Positions 32,173 to 41,648 of a DNA stretch of 64,000 nt are shown here, piece by piece (the first letter of the stretch is position 1; each line of letters begins with the position of its first letter). Origin of the DNA: an uncultured Acidimicrobiaceae bacterium (GTDB taxonomy: Bacteria; Actinomycetota; Acidimicrobiia; Spongiisociales; UBA5794). The stretch spans positions 10,885-74,884 of the forward strand of contig CAYNHF010000047.1 in NCBI GenBank assembly GCA_964397045.1. The letters run 5' to 3'. Under the pieces are notes generated by a model. The model searched no databases. It was given only the letters and a program-made list of their open reading frames with translations, and was not told the DNA's origin. The translations under genes were made by a program, and so were the position numbers.

Positions 32173-32337
32173 CGAACGGCTCCTCGGTGAGGGGAGCCGC
32201 ACCCTATCACTCCTCCCCTTGACCGATCCCAGGCCGCGACCCGACTGTCCAGCAGACCCGGGAACGCCACTGCACCGGGAATCCGGGAGACGTTCTCGGG
32301 GTTATCGTGCGGGACCCGTCTCACGAGAAACGCCGAC

Positions 32338-32781
32338 ATGTCGATCCAAGAGCTCTATCGCGAAACGATCCTGGACCACTACCGGAATCCGCGTCGACGC
32401 GGTTCCATCACCGAGCCTCACCTTCACGCCGAGGGCAACAACCCCTCGTGCGGCGACGAGTTCTCGCTGGACCTGGTGGTGGTCGAAGGCGTCGTGGTCG
32501 ACGTCGCTACCCAGGGCCAGGGTTGCTCGATCTCGCAAGCCTCGGGTTCGATGATGGCGGACGCCATCGTTGGCCAATCGGTGGAAGAGGTCGTCGGCCT
32601 GACCCACAAGTTCAAGTTGATGATGTCGATCGAGGAGGGCGAGAGTCCGATCGATCCTGATCGCCCCGGAGCCGTACTGGGCGACCTGGAGGCCCTGCAA
32701 GGGGTTCGCAAGTTCCCGGTCCGAATCAAGTGCGCCGATCTGCCGTGGACCACACTGGAAGACGCGCTCTCAAACGCATGA
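32338..32781 (+). CDS. sufU: SufU (NifU/IscU-like sulfur acceptor for SufS)
   Basis: Conserved Cys ligands (NPSCGD, GQGCSISQAS, IKCADL). 147 aa. Confidence 0.85.
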   Translation: MSIQELYRETILDHYRNPRRRGSITEPHLHAEGNNPSCGDEFSLDLVVVEGVVVDVATQGQGCSISQASGSMMADAIVGQSVEEVVGLTHKFKLMMSIEEGESPIDPDRPGAVLGDLEALQGVRKFPVRIKCADLPWTTLEDALSNA

Positions 32782-32816
32782 ACGGGTGACGGACCGGTCA
32801 TCGCCCGGCCCCGGCA

Positions 32817-34022
32817 TCAGGCAGACGGGCTCACCGGGGTTTCATTGCCCGTGTGCGATTCGCGCACGAAGAGTAGGAGCACTGTCAGGGCTGCCAGGCT
32901 GGCGCCGGCAGCCAGCACCGCGTTAACGCCCACCCCGAAGCCTTCGAAGAGCGCCGGCCCAATCGCAGCGCCGGTTGCCCGCCCGAGGGAGGTCGCCACG
33001 ATGATCCAGGCCAGGTATCGCGTCCGCGCCGTCGGCGCCATTTCGGTGGACAGCGGGATCGAGGACACAATCGTGAACTCGAATCCACCGATGCCGATGG
33101 CGAGCGCGACCAAGCCGGTAACCAGTTGCTCTTGGGCCACGCCAACCATGAGATAGCCGGCCGCCGAGACGACCAGGCCTATCGCCACGGCCCGCCGCTT
33201 GCCGATCCGGTCGGTAAACGCAAAGGTGGCACCCTCACCTGCGAGTTCCGACAGCCCGATCACCACCGCCGTGAACCCCAGGGCGGCGAGCGTCAGCCCG
33301 AACCCATCCTCGAGCCACGCCCCGTACATCACGAACATCGACTCGGCTGCCAGGTTGAAAAGGCCCACCACCACGATCAGTGCCGCCGCAGATCGGTGCC
33401 ATTTGATCCTGCTCCGATCGGCCTTTGCTGCCTCGGAGTCGGGATCGAGAGCCCAACCCGTTGCCAGCAGCGCGATCCCGATCAGGATCGCGAACACCCA
33501 GAACGGAGCGTTCCAACCCGCCCGATCCAGCAGCCAGCCTGCGGCGGGAGCACCGACGAGCAAGGAGCCCGCCCAGGTGAGTTCGAAAACGGAGAGGTAG
33601 CGGGCTCGGCGTTCGTAAGGGACCCGATCCGAGATGTAGGCCTGGGAGGTGATGTCGAAGACCGGCTTGGCGACTCCCATGAGAATGAAACCCACGAGCG
33701 CACCGACGTACACGTTGGTCGCGGCCGTCACCAGCGATCCCACCACAAACAAGGCCATCGAGAGCCGGATCAGCCGCCGATGCCGGGCGCCACCAACAGT
33801 TGTGACCACGCCCGGAGTGGCCAGCCCCGAGATCCATCGGGCAGAGACCAGCACCCCTGCCGCCGTCAGTGGCACGCCGAGACCGCGTGCGATCGCGGGC
33901 AAGAACGGATACACGAACCGCGTCGAGGTGTTGATGACGAAACGCGCCGCGGCCAGGAAGCCGAGGGGTCGCCGAATCACGCGCGCCTCGAAGTCCGGAC
34001 TGCTCTCGGCCGACGGACTCAC
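32817..34022 (-). CDS. MFS transporter
   Basis: 12 predicted TM helices with the MFS motif A-like loop between TM2 and TM3 (GxxxDRxGRR-like). Confidence 0.8.
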   Translation of the reverse strand: MSPSAESSPDFEARVIRRPLGFLAAARFVINTSTRFVYPFLPAIARGLGVPLTAAGVLVSARWISGLATPGVVTTVGGARHRRLIRLSMALFVVGSLVTAATNVYVGALVGFILMGVAKPVFDITSQAYISDRVPYERRARYLSVFELTWAGSLLVGAPAAGWLLDRAGWNAPFWVFAILIGIALLATGWALDPDSEAAKADRSRIKWHRSAAALIVVVGLFNLAAESMFVMYGAWLEDGFGLTLAALGFTAVVIGLSELAGEGATFAFTDRIGKRRAVAIGLVVSAAGYLMVGVAQEQLVTGLVALAIGIGGFEFTIVSSIPLSTEMAPTARTRYLAWIIVATSLGRATGAAIGPALFEGFGVGVNAVLAAGASLAALTVLLLFVRESHTGNETPVSPSA

Positions 34023-34059
34023 GGCCCGGCGCGGGCAAGTCTGCGCCGGGCAACGCTTA

Positions 34060-35448
34060 TCACTCGACCACGCCGCCCTCAGTCATTCGCTGCAGATCGA
34101 GCAAGTCGTCGACTTCGTCCTCGGTCAACCAACCTTTCTCGACGACAACCTCCCGGACGTTGCGTCCCGAAGCAAAGGCCTCCTTGGCGGCGACCGCTCC
34201 CCTGTCGTATCCAATGTGCGGATTCAGTGCGGTGACGACGATGATGTTGGCCTCGACGAGTTCCCGAGCTCGATCCACGTTCGCTTCGATCCCCTCCACA
34301 CAACGCTCCCGGAAGGTGTTTGCGGCTGCCGCCAACAGCCCGATCGACTCCAACAGGTTGTGGACCATTACCGGCATCATCACGTTGAGCTCGAAGTTTC
34401 CGCTGGCACCGCTCCACGTGATGGTGGTGTCGTTGCCCATGACTTGGGCAGCCACTTGCATCACCATTTCGGACATAACCGGGTTCACCTTGCCCGGCAT
34501 GATGGAGGAACCTGGCTGCAGGGAAGGGAGCCGGATCTCGGCGATGCCGGTGCGGGGGCCCGAGGACAGCCAGCGCAGGTCGTTGGCGATCTTGAACATC
34601 GCTTGTGCCGTGGTCTTGAGGACACCGGACACATTGACCGCGGCATCCTTTGCCGCCTGCGCCTCGAAGTGATCATCTGCTTCGCGCAGTGGGTATCCGG
34701 TGACGGCCGCCATCTCCGCAATGACGGCTGCGGCGAAACCATCCGGCGCGTTCAGCCCGGACCCCACCGCGGTCCCGCCCAGGGCAAGTTCGTCCACCTC
34801 GGGCAACACCACCTCGAGCCGATCGATCGCCTTGCGCATCTGCGTGGCGTAGCCACCGAACTCCTGGCCCAGAGTCACCGGAGTAGCATCCATCAGGTGG
34901 GTCCTGCCCGATTTCACCACCCCACTGAACTCTGCTGCCTTGGCCTCGAGCGAGACCGCCAGACCGGCGAGCGCCGGCAGCAGGTCCTCACGAATCGCAG
35001 CGCCCGCCGCGATGTAGATCGCAGCCGGGATCACGTCATTGGATGACTGCCCGTAGTTGACATGATCGTTGGGATGCGCCAGGTGTGAACCGATCTCTCC
35101 TCCGAGCAGCTCGGATGCCCGGTTGGCGATCACCTCGTTCGCGTTGGTGTTGGTGGAGGTGCCGGAGCCCGTTTGGAAGATATCGAGCACGAAGTGCTCG
35201 TCGAGCTCTCCGTCGCGCACCTGGTCTGCGGAAGTGGCGATTGCTTCGGCGATCGCAGGGTCGACGTAGCCCACCCGGCCGGATACCCGTGCAGCAGACC
35301 CCTTGATGAGTCCGAGCGCCCAGATGAAGCGTCGATCGAACCGTAGGTTCGAAATGGGGAAGTTGTCGACGGCTCGCTGGGTGGATGCCCCGTAGTAAGC
35401 GCCGTCCGGTACTTGCACTTCGCCCATCGAGTCGTGTTCGGTGCGCAT
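34060..35448 (-). CDS. Aspartate ammonia-lyase / class II fumarase family (signature favours aspartase)
   Basis: [12 protein letters not shown] signature and SSNDV motif. Start at [14 protein letters not shown] 35448. Confidence 0.85.
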   Translation of the reverse strand: MRTEHDSMGEVQVPDGAYYGASTQRAVDNFPISNLRFDRRFIWALGLIKGSAARVSGRVGYVDPAIAEAIATSADQVRDGELDEHFVLDIFQTGSGTSTNTNANEVIANRASELLGGEIGSHLAHPNDHVNYGQSSNDVIPAAIYIAAGAAIREDLLPALAGLAVSLEAKAAEFSGVVKSGRTHLMDATPVTLGQEFGGYATQMRKAIDRLEVVLPEVDELALGGTAVGSGLNAPDGFAAAVIAEMAAVTGYPLREADDHFEAQAAKDAAVNVSGVLKTTAQAMFKIANDLRWLSSGPRTGIAEIRLPSLQPGSSIMPGKVNPVMSEMVMQVAAQVMGNDTTITWSGASGNFELNVMMPVMVHNLLESIGLLAAAANTFRERCVEGIEANVDRARELVEANIIVVTALNPHIGYDRGAVAAKEAFASGRNVREVVVEKGWLTEDEVDDLLDLQRMTEGGVVE

Positions 35449-35587
35449 ACGCCACTCCTGTCCCGTCGTATCCTTGCGGTCGAGCCCCGCCGAAGAGGGC
35501 TCACATCGCGAGACTACCGCAGCCCCACGCCCGGCTTGCAGGGCCATTCAGCCCCGGATCACCCGGCTCGCTCTCGAGGCTGCCACA

Positions 35588-36361
35588 TCACCGCAACGCA
35601 AGAGATACCGCAAGTGGGACAACCTCGCCGACGTCACCTTCGATACGCAACGTAACCTGTCGGAAACGGTCGTGATCGGTAGGGCCGCGGTTGACGATGA
35701 CGTAGGGAGTGCCCCGTTCTGCTGCCACCAACGGCACCGCGGCCGCCGGGGTCACCGACAGCGTCGACCCGAGTGCCAGCACGAGATCCGCAGCCTCTGC
35801 GGCTTCCTGCGCGCGCCGCAGGTCGTCGAAGCGCAGCTGCTGTCCGAAGCTGATGGTCGCCGGTTTGAGATAGCCGCCGCAGCTACATGTCGGCGCCTCG
35901 CCTGTGTGGGTGAACTCCGCGAAATGGCCTTCCGGATCGGTGCGCGCTCCGCAGGTCTGACACTCCACAGCTCGCACCGTCCCGTGAAGTTCGACCAGGG
36001 CGCTCGGCGAGGTGCCGGCGGCGGCGTGGAGTCCGTCGACATTCTGAGTAACCACCGCCTCGAGCTTGCCGGCCCGCTCGAGATCAACCAGTGCACGGTG
36101 GGTGGCGTTGGGAACGGCGACGCCAAACGCCATGTGCGCACGCGTCTTCTGGTCCCAGTAACGGCGACGTGCCTCGGCCGAGGTCATGAAGTCCTGGTAG
36201 ACAACCGGTGTCTCCGACTTCCAAACCCCTGCGGGACCGCGATAGTCGGGGATCCCACTTGCCGTGGAGACACCCGCACCTGTGAAGACCAGCACGGCAT
36301 CCGATGCTCGCAGCATCTCGCCCAACCGGAACACTTCAGGATCGACGGTCGAAGCGCTCAT
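35588..36361 (-). CDS. NAD-dependent protein deacylase, Sir2 family (second sirtuin)
   Basis: GAGVSTASGIPDYRG, TQNVDGLH and LHGT motifs. Zn ribbon CQTCG...CSCGG. Confidence 0.9.
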   Translation of the reverse strand: MSASTVDPEVFRLGEMLRASDAVLVFTGAGVSTASGIPDYRGPAGVWKSETPVVYQDFMTSAEARRRYWDQKTRAHMAFGVAVPNATHRALVDLERAGKLEAVVTQNVDGLHAAAGTSPSALVELHGTVRAVECQTCGARTDPEGHFAEFTHTGEAPTCSCGGYLKPATISFGQQLRFDDLRRAQEAAEAADLVLALGSTLSVTPAAAVPLVAAERGTPYVIVNRGPTDHDRFRQVTLRIEGDVGEVVPLAVSLALR

Positions 36362-36799
36362 TCACGACCCTGTGGCAAAGCCACGAATAACGTAGATGAA
36401 GGCGAAGACGCTCATCATCAGCACCACATACCTGGCGTATGCCCATGATGGGCTCGCTCCGATCTCCTCGAGGGCCGCGTCGAGCGGCGCCTTCCCGACC
36501 GTAAGTTCCCGCAGTACCCGGTCGCGCTGCCTGCCGCGGGCAGTGGAGGCCTGCCACCCTTCTCCCTCCGGCGGCTCGACTTCCACCAGCCGGGCTGCCC
36601 GTTGCTGAAGAGGCCGCGCCAGGATGAGCCATCCCCCCACCACCGCGAAAGCAGCCACAATGAGCAGCAATCCGTCGAAGGCCAGCAAGGCTGCCAGCGC
36701 GAGCAGCCACGCAACCCACAGCTTGCCGATCTCGCTCAGGTAGGCGCGGGCGTCGGATGCATCGGTGAACCACTGGAAATCGGGATCGTCGCTTTGCAT
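36362..36799 (-). CDS. Small membrane protein (2 TM), function unknown, directly abutting the downstream sirtuin
   Basis: Hydrophobic helices (LWVAWLLALAALLAFDGLLLIVAAFAVVGGWLILA). Its stop is adjacent to the sirtuin ATG. Confidence 0.5.
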   Translation of the reverse strand: MQSDDPDFQWFTDASDARAYLSEIGKLWVAWLLALAALLAFDGLLLIVAAFAVVGGWLILARPLQQRAARLVEVEPPEGEGWQASTARGRQRDRVLRELTVGKAPLDAALEEIGASPSWAYARYVVLMMSVFAFIYVIRGFATGS

Positions 36800-36886
36800 C
36801 GTCTCTCGAGAGGTGACGGTCGGCGCAACGTACCACGATCGACTTTCGAATCGGCTTCAGCCCCCGGATCGCGTTACGCTGCTGCC

Positions 36887-37564
36887 ATGCGACGCATGGG
36901 CATGCCGGCGATCTTGGTAACCCTGACACTGTTCGCCGGTGCCTGTGGCGGCGAGGACGCCGCAACCTCGACGAGTTCGACGACTTCAACGCTCGCAACT
37001 ACAACGACGGCCCCTCCCACCACAACTCCTCCGCCCACCGCGGCGACCACCACGCTGGAAGGCACGAGCACGACCGCGATTCCACCGAGCACGCTTCCTC
37101 CGAGCAAGCCGTTCGTCACCACGGTCGGCCTCGGCGGAGTGATCGTGGGCATGACGGTGGAGGAGGCGGAAGAATCCTCGGGATTCAAACTGGTCGGTGA
37201 ACTCGATCCCGGCGTGAGCGAGGTGTGCTATTTCGTGACCCCTACCGAGGCATCCGGCCTCACCGGCGTCTCATACATGGTGTACCAGGACGCCATCGCT
37301 AGGGTCGATATCTCGCCACCCAGTGAAACCACCACTCGGTCTGGCGTCGGGATCGGTGTCGATGCCGATCTTCTGTTCGAGTTGTTCCCCGGACAGGTCG
37401 AAGAGGCTCCACAGTTCACGATCGATGGACTGGCTCTGATGTATGTGCCGAAGGACGAGGTCGACGCCGACTACCGCATCATCTTCGACGTCGAAGATGG
37501 CAGGGTGGCGGCGTATCGCTCCGGGATCCTGCCACCCATCGGTTTCGGGGAAGGCTGCCTCTGA
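36887..37564 (+). CDS. Lipoprotein with a Thr/Pro-rich linker, function unknown
   Basis: MRRMGMPAILVTLTLFAGAC lipobox, then a low-complexity TTTTAPPTTTPPPTAATTT stretch. In-frame ATG at 36887. Confidence 0.6.
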   Translation: MRRMGMPAILVTLTLFAGACGGEDAATSTSSTTSTLATTTTAPPTTTPPPTAATTTLEGTSTTAIPPSTLPPSKPFVTTVGLGGVIVGMTVEEAEESSGFKLVGELDPGVSEVCYFVTPTEASGLTGVSYMVYQDAIARVDISPPSETTTRSGVGIGVDADLLFELFPGQVEEAPQFTIDGLALMYVPKDEVDADYRIIFDVEDGRVAAYRSGILPPIGFGEGCL

Positions 37565-37634
37565 GGCGCCTCACCCGTCGGCCAATCGCAGGCTGAAGGC
37601 CGCCACACCCGCATGCCGGTGGCTGGACCCGTGG

Positions 37635-38414
37635 CTACAGGAGGTCGAGGATGGCGTCGGAGGCGCCCGTGTCTCCGCTATTGACGCCGAACTCACGACG
37701 CAGAGCCTCGTATCCGTCTGCTTCCAGGTCGGTGGCGATCTCAGGACCACCCGACTTGACGATCCGGCCGTCGAGCATGACGTGGACCCGGTCCGGCTGC
37801 ATGTAGCGCAGGATGCGCGAATAGTGGGTGATGATGAGTACTCCGAGGCGTTCACTTCGCAGCGCTTCTACCAGCTCTGCAACCTCACGCACGGCGTCGA
37901 TGTCGAGCCCTGAGTCGATCTCGTCGAGCACAGCCACCCGCGGATCAGCCACGGCGAGCTGAAACATCTCGCTTCGCTTCTTCTCGCCACCGGAGAGCCC
38001 CAGGTTCACGGCTCGATCCACGAAAGGCCCCATGCCAAGGCGGGATCCTGCTCGCTCGGCCCTGGCGAGGAATCCGGGAGCGTCACCCGATGCCTCCGCC
38101 ATCTCCACGATGAGTTCCTGCAGAGTGACGCCCGGGATCTCGACCGGATACTGAAACGCCTCGAACAGCCCGGCGGCCGCCCTGGCCTCGACGTCGAGGC
38201 CGTCCAGTTCGATCCCGTCGACGACGGCAGATCCCGAGGCTGAGTATTCGGTGTTACCCATCAGCACGTGGCACAAGGTGGACTTGCCGGACCCGTTGGG
38301 CCCCATCAGAGCGTGGATCTCACCGAAAGGCACCTCGAGATCAACACCCTTCAGTATTTCGAGGTTTCCAATCCCGGCGCGCAAGCCGCGGACCGCGAGG
38401 GCTGGAGCAGTCAT
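37635..38414 (-). CDS. sufC: SufC paralog (divergent Fe-S assembly ABC ATPase)
   Basis: GPNGSGKST, LSGGEKKR, DEIDSGLDIDA and ITHYSR motifs. Central region diverges from the canonical SufC. Its ATG overlaps the Rieske-gene TGA (ATGA). Confidence 0.85.
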   Translation of the reverse strand: MTAPALAVRGLRAGIGNLEILKGVDLEVPFGEIHALMGPNGSGKSTLCHVLMGNTEYSASGSAVVDGIELDGLDVEARAAAGLFEAFQYPVEIPGVTLQELIVEMAEASGDAPGFLARAERAGSRLGMGPFVDRAVNLGLSGGEKKRSEMFQLAVADPRVAVLDEIDSGLDIDAVREVAELVEALRSERLGVLIITHYSRILRYMQPDRVHVMLDGRIVKSGGPEIATDLEADGYEALRREFGVNSGDTGASDAILDLL

Positions 38415-38746
38415 CGTGTCACCGCAGCGTCGTCGTCGGATACATCCACGAACACCTCTCCCGCGACCACCTTCGTGGGGTACACCGGCACCGGGCGGGT
38501 CGCGGGAAACGAAGCGGGCTTGCCGGTCTCCAAACTGAACTCCGACCCGTGTCGCGGGCACTCCACCTCGAGCCCGAAAAGGTCGCCCTCTGCCAGCGAA
38601 GCTTCAGCATGCGAACAGCGGTCACCAATGGCATAGACCTCGTCGCCACGACGGAAGACGGCGATCCGCTGCGACCCGATCTCGACTCGCACACCCCGTC
38701 CTTCCGGCAGCTCCTCGAGCTCTGCGATCCGAACTGGGTCGGTCAT
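38411..38746 (-). CDS. Rieske [2Fe-2S] domain protein (suf-associated ferredoxin)
   Basis: CSH...CPRHG Rieske ligand boxes. 111 aa. ATGA overlaps on both sides. Confidence 0.8.
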   Translation of the reverse strand: MTDPVRIAELEELPEGRGVRVEIGSQRIAVFRRGDEVYAIGDRCSHAEASLAEGDLFGLEVECPRHGSEFSLETGKPASFPATRPVPVYPTKVVAGEVFVDVSDDDAAVTR

Positions 38747-40083
38747 ACCCGACCCTCCTGCTGCGCCGCGACGTACTTCGCGTTGATCCATTCCTGCACC
38801 GGCTCGGCCACGGTTGCAGCCGGGAATCGGTTGAGAGCATCCTGAAAGAAGCCCCGCACCTGGAGGCGATCCGCGCGGCGCCGATCGAGGCCACGGCTCA
38901 TCAAGTAGTAGCGCTGCTCCTCCTCGAGCGGTCCAACGGTCGAGCCATGGCCGCATCGCACATCGTTGGCCAGGATCTCGAGATTCGGCACCGACTGTGC
39001 CGCCGCTCCGTCCGAAAGGAGGAGGTTGCGGTTGGTCTGAAACGCGTTGGTGCGCTGGGCAGTCTCCTCGATGCGGATCATCCCGGTGAAGACCGATAGG
39101 GCCTCATCCTCGACACCGCCCTTGAGGTACATATTCGAGTTGGTGCTCTCGCCAACGTGACGCATGAAGTAGCGGTAGTCGAGAATCTGGTGCAGTTCTC
39201 CGAAGTAGGCGCCAACGACATCCGCATTCGAACCCCTGCCCTCGAGGTCGACCTCGAGGTGGAGCCGGGAGAGGGACCCACCGAGACCGGCCTCAGCCAG
39301 CGTCACCGAGGCGTCGTCCGCCGCGACCGCCCTGGCGTGCGCAATCGATCGCGTCGCAGCTCCCCAATGCTGGATGACCGTGACGTCGACGTTGGCATTG
39401 GTGCCTGCGGTGATCTCGAGTCGAGGTACCACAACGGCGTCGAGGGCATCCGGCGACCGGTAGCCGACGATCACGGAGAGCTGCGAAGAGTCGCCGGCAT
39501 CAACGATGACATGCGGGAAACTCACGGCGTGATCGGCCGCTGCCGTGATGTCTATGAACACGGGAAGGCGGGTCACTGATCGAGGTGGGGCATGAACGAT
39601 CACCGCATCCGGAGAGAACGCCCCGTGAGCCGCAGCGAAGATGTCGGTGTCCTCCGCAACCCCGGATCCCACGAGTCGCCTGGCAACCGCCTCGGCATCA
39701 GCAGTGATATCGCGAAGCGACGCCACGATGACATCGCCGGAAACCGGGCCCACCGAAGCTATCCCATCGACGACGCGGACACCGGCAGCTACCTCACCCA
39801 ACGCGGCGGCAAGTGCATCGTTCGCGGAGAGATCCTCCAGGACCCCAGCTGCGCTGGAGTAGTCGGTGAGATCGAAGTCGAGATCGACATATCGCCACAT
39901 CTCTTCTTCCGATCTCGGCATCGACAGCTTGTCGTAGACGGCTCGCGCGCGCACTCGGGAGTCGCGCAACCAGCCAGGCTGATCCGCGAGCACGCGTTCC
40001 AGTTCAGAGGTGTCGAGGGGATTCAAGGGACGAGGGCTCCTGAGGGGGTTCAGACAGGCGAGGGAGCCGCAGCCTAACCCCAC
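38743..40083 (-). CDS. sufD: SufD (SufB/SufD family Fe-S assembly scaffold protein)
   Basis: C-terminal SufBD core (ILANDVRCGHGSTVGPLEEEQRYYLMSRGL). The start is uncertain: GTG at 40083, or a TTG at 40026 about 10 nt after AGGAG. Confidence 0.75.
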   Translation of the reverse strand: MGLGCGSLACLNPLRSPRPLNPLDTSELERVLADQPGWLRDSRVRARAVYDKLSMPRSEEEMWRYVDLDFDLTDYSSAAGVLEDLSANDALAAALGEVAAGVRVVDGIASVGPVSGDVIVASLRDITADAEAVARRLVGSGVAEDTDIFAAAHGAFSPDAVIVHAPPRSVTRLPVFIDITAAADHAVSFPHVIVDAGDSSQLSVIVGYRSPDALDAVVVPRLEITAGTNANVDVTVIQHWGAATRSIAHARAVAADDASVTLAEAGLGGSLSRLHLEVDLEGRGSNADVVGAYFGELHQILDYRYFMRHVGESTNSNMYLKGGVEDEALSVFTGMIRIEETAQRTNAFQTNRNLLLSDGAAAQSVPNLEILANDVRCGHGSTVGPLEEEQRYYLMSRGLDRRRADRLQVRGFFQDALNRFPAATVAEPVQEWINAKYVAAQQEGRV

Positions 40084-40273
40084 CCCGGCGGGTACCCAAA
40101 GCCCGCATTCTCTGCGTCGCAGACGTCACGAACCGCCGGGCGCAGCAGGGTGGTCGGCCGCGACCGGTCGTTGCATTGGCCCTGCGCAGGGCTAACGTGC
40201 CGCGCCTCAGGGCTCCGCCGCCGTAGGGGGCAGCGTTCGAGCCTCCGAGCACCCACCCCATAAGGAGTCCCTC

Positions 40274-40888
40274 ATGACGTCCATCGCGTCCTTCGTCGTC
40301 GCCGCTGCCATCGCCGTCGGTGTCGCCCTGCCGACGCTCGCCACAGAGGAGCAGGCAACCGTCGCCCCGACCCCAACCGTTGCCGAACACCAGAGCACGG
40401 TCATCGAGCAGTTCCCAACTAGGGACCCGGCTACCCGGTTCCGCGACGACTGGCGGAATCGCAGATCCGGCGGACGTCGCCACCAGGGCACCGACATCTA
40501 TGCAGACAAGGGCACCCCGCTGGTTGCCGTCGCAGACGGATTTGTCCGCTCGATGCACGCTGGAGGCAAGGGCGGCTACATGCTGCGGATTGCTCATGCC
40601 GATGGCTGGGAGACCTGGTACATGCATCTCGACAACGACTCACCCGGCTCAGATGACGGATCCGCGGGCGAGAAGTCCGCCTTTGCCGAGGGCATCGAAA
40701 TAGGCGACTTCGTCGAGGCCGGCCAGATCGTGGCGTACGTCGGTGACTCAGGAAACGCCGAGTCCGGTGAACCCCACCTCCATTTCGAATTACACCACCG
40801 GGGTCGCAAGACAAACCCCTTCCCGCTGCTCACTACCGCGTGGGACCGCTATCTGGTCGCCCTGGAGCTCGGTGGCTCGCTTCAGTGA
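40274..40888 (+). CDS. Secreted M23 family metallopeptidase (LytM-like)
   Basis: Signal peptide. HQGTDIY and HLHFELHHRG metal-binding motifs. AAGGAG SD. Confidence 0.8.
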   Translation: MTSIASFVVAAAIAVGVALPTLATEEQATVAPTPTVAEHQSTVIEQFPTRDPATRFRDDWRNRRSGGRRHQGTDIYADKGTPLVAVADGFVRSMHAGGKGGYMLRIAHADGWETWYMHLDNDSPGSDDGSAGEKSAFAEGIEIGDFVEAGQIVAYVGDSGNAESGEPHLHFELHHRGRKTNPFPLLTTAWDRYLVALELGGSLQ

Positions 40889-40915
40889 CGCCCGGTGCCG
40901 GGGTTCGGATTCGGC

Positions 40916-41638
40916 TCAGGCTCCGAGGAATCCCCTGACTGTCGCGAAGACGTGGTCGAACATCTCCTCGGTCAGCCGTCCGGTGAACGTGTTCTGTTGA
41001 CTCGGGTGGTAGCTGGCAACAACATGCCGCCCCCCATCCAGCGCGGAGACGGCGCCGTGACCGAATGGCGGCCTCGGCACCTCCAGGGTCTCTCCCCTGT
41101 CTCGCAGCAGACTCCACATGGCCTGGTAGGCGAGCGACCCCAGACATAGATACACCTCTGCCCGGTCGAGCAACAACAACTCCTCGGCAAGATACGGCGC
41201 GCAATTGGCTCGCTCTGCTGCGGTCGGCTTGTTGGCGGGCGGAGCACAACGCACCGGAGCGCTGATCCAGGCGTCTGCGAGATCGAGTCCGTCCCCGCGA
41301 CCTACCGACAATGCCTGATTGGCGAATCCGGCGCGATGCAGCGCCCGGTAAAGCCATTCCCCGCTGCGGTCCCCGGTGAACATGCGACCGGTGCGGTTTG
41401 CCCCATGGGCAGCAGGCGCCAGCCCGATCACAACAAGTCGCGCCTCCGGGTCACCGAATCCCGGTACCGGCCTTCCCCAGTACTCCTCATCGCGAAATGC
41501 GGCACGCTTTTCCCTCGCAACCTCTTCTCGCCACTCCACGAGACGCGGGCAACGGTGACAGTCCACTACCTGTATCTCGAGTGTCGCGAGCGCAGCTAGG
41601 CGGGCCGCTGGGTCCAGGCGCCCTGGTTCAGAAATCAC
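40916..41638 (-). CDS. Uracil-DNA glycosylase, family 4 (4Fe-4S type)
   Basis: GFGDPEARLVVIGLAPAAHGANRTGRMFTGDRSG motif, conserved Cys and HPS motif. GTG start 10 nt after the upstream stop, with a GGAG SD. Confidence 0.8.
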   Translation of the reverse strand: MISEPGRLDPAARLAALATLEIQVVDCHRCPRLVEWREEVAREKRAAFRDEEYWGRPVPGFGDPEARLVVIGLAPAAHGANRTGRMFTGDRSGEWLYRALHRAGFANQALSVGRGDGLDLADAWISAPVRCAPPANKPTAAERANCAPYLAEELLLLDRAEVYLCLGSLAYQAMWSLLRDRGETLEVPRPPFGHGAVSALDGGRHVVASYHPSQQNTFTGRLTEEMFDHVFATVRGFLGA

Positions 41639-41648
41639 AGGCTCCGCC

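Noticed and set aside
33126-34235. 369-aa plus ORF and other ORFs opposite the MFS gene
   Set aside because: Antisense to the MFS transporter with 12 clear TM helices. His/Arg/Pro-rich.
37562-37573. 12-bp palindrome TGAGGCGCCTCA at the lipoprotein stop codon
   Set aside because: Too short, with no loop, to form a stable terminator hairpin. Likely chance in GC-rich DNA.
29693-38414. Two SufC genes as a possible assembly duplication
   Set aside because: The two copies differ substantially in sequence and have different flanking genes, so they are real paralogs rather than a collapsed or duplicated repeat.
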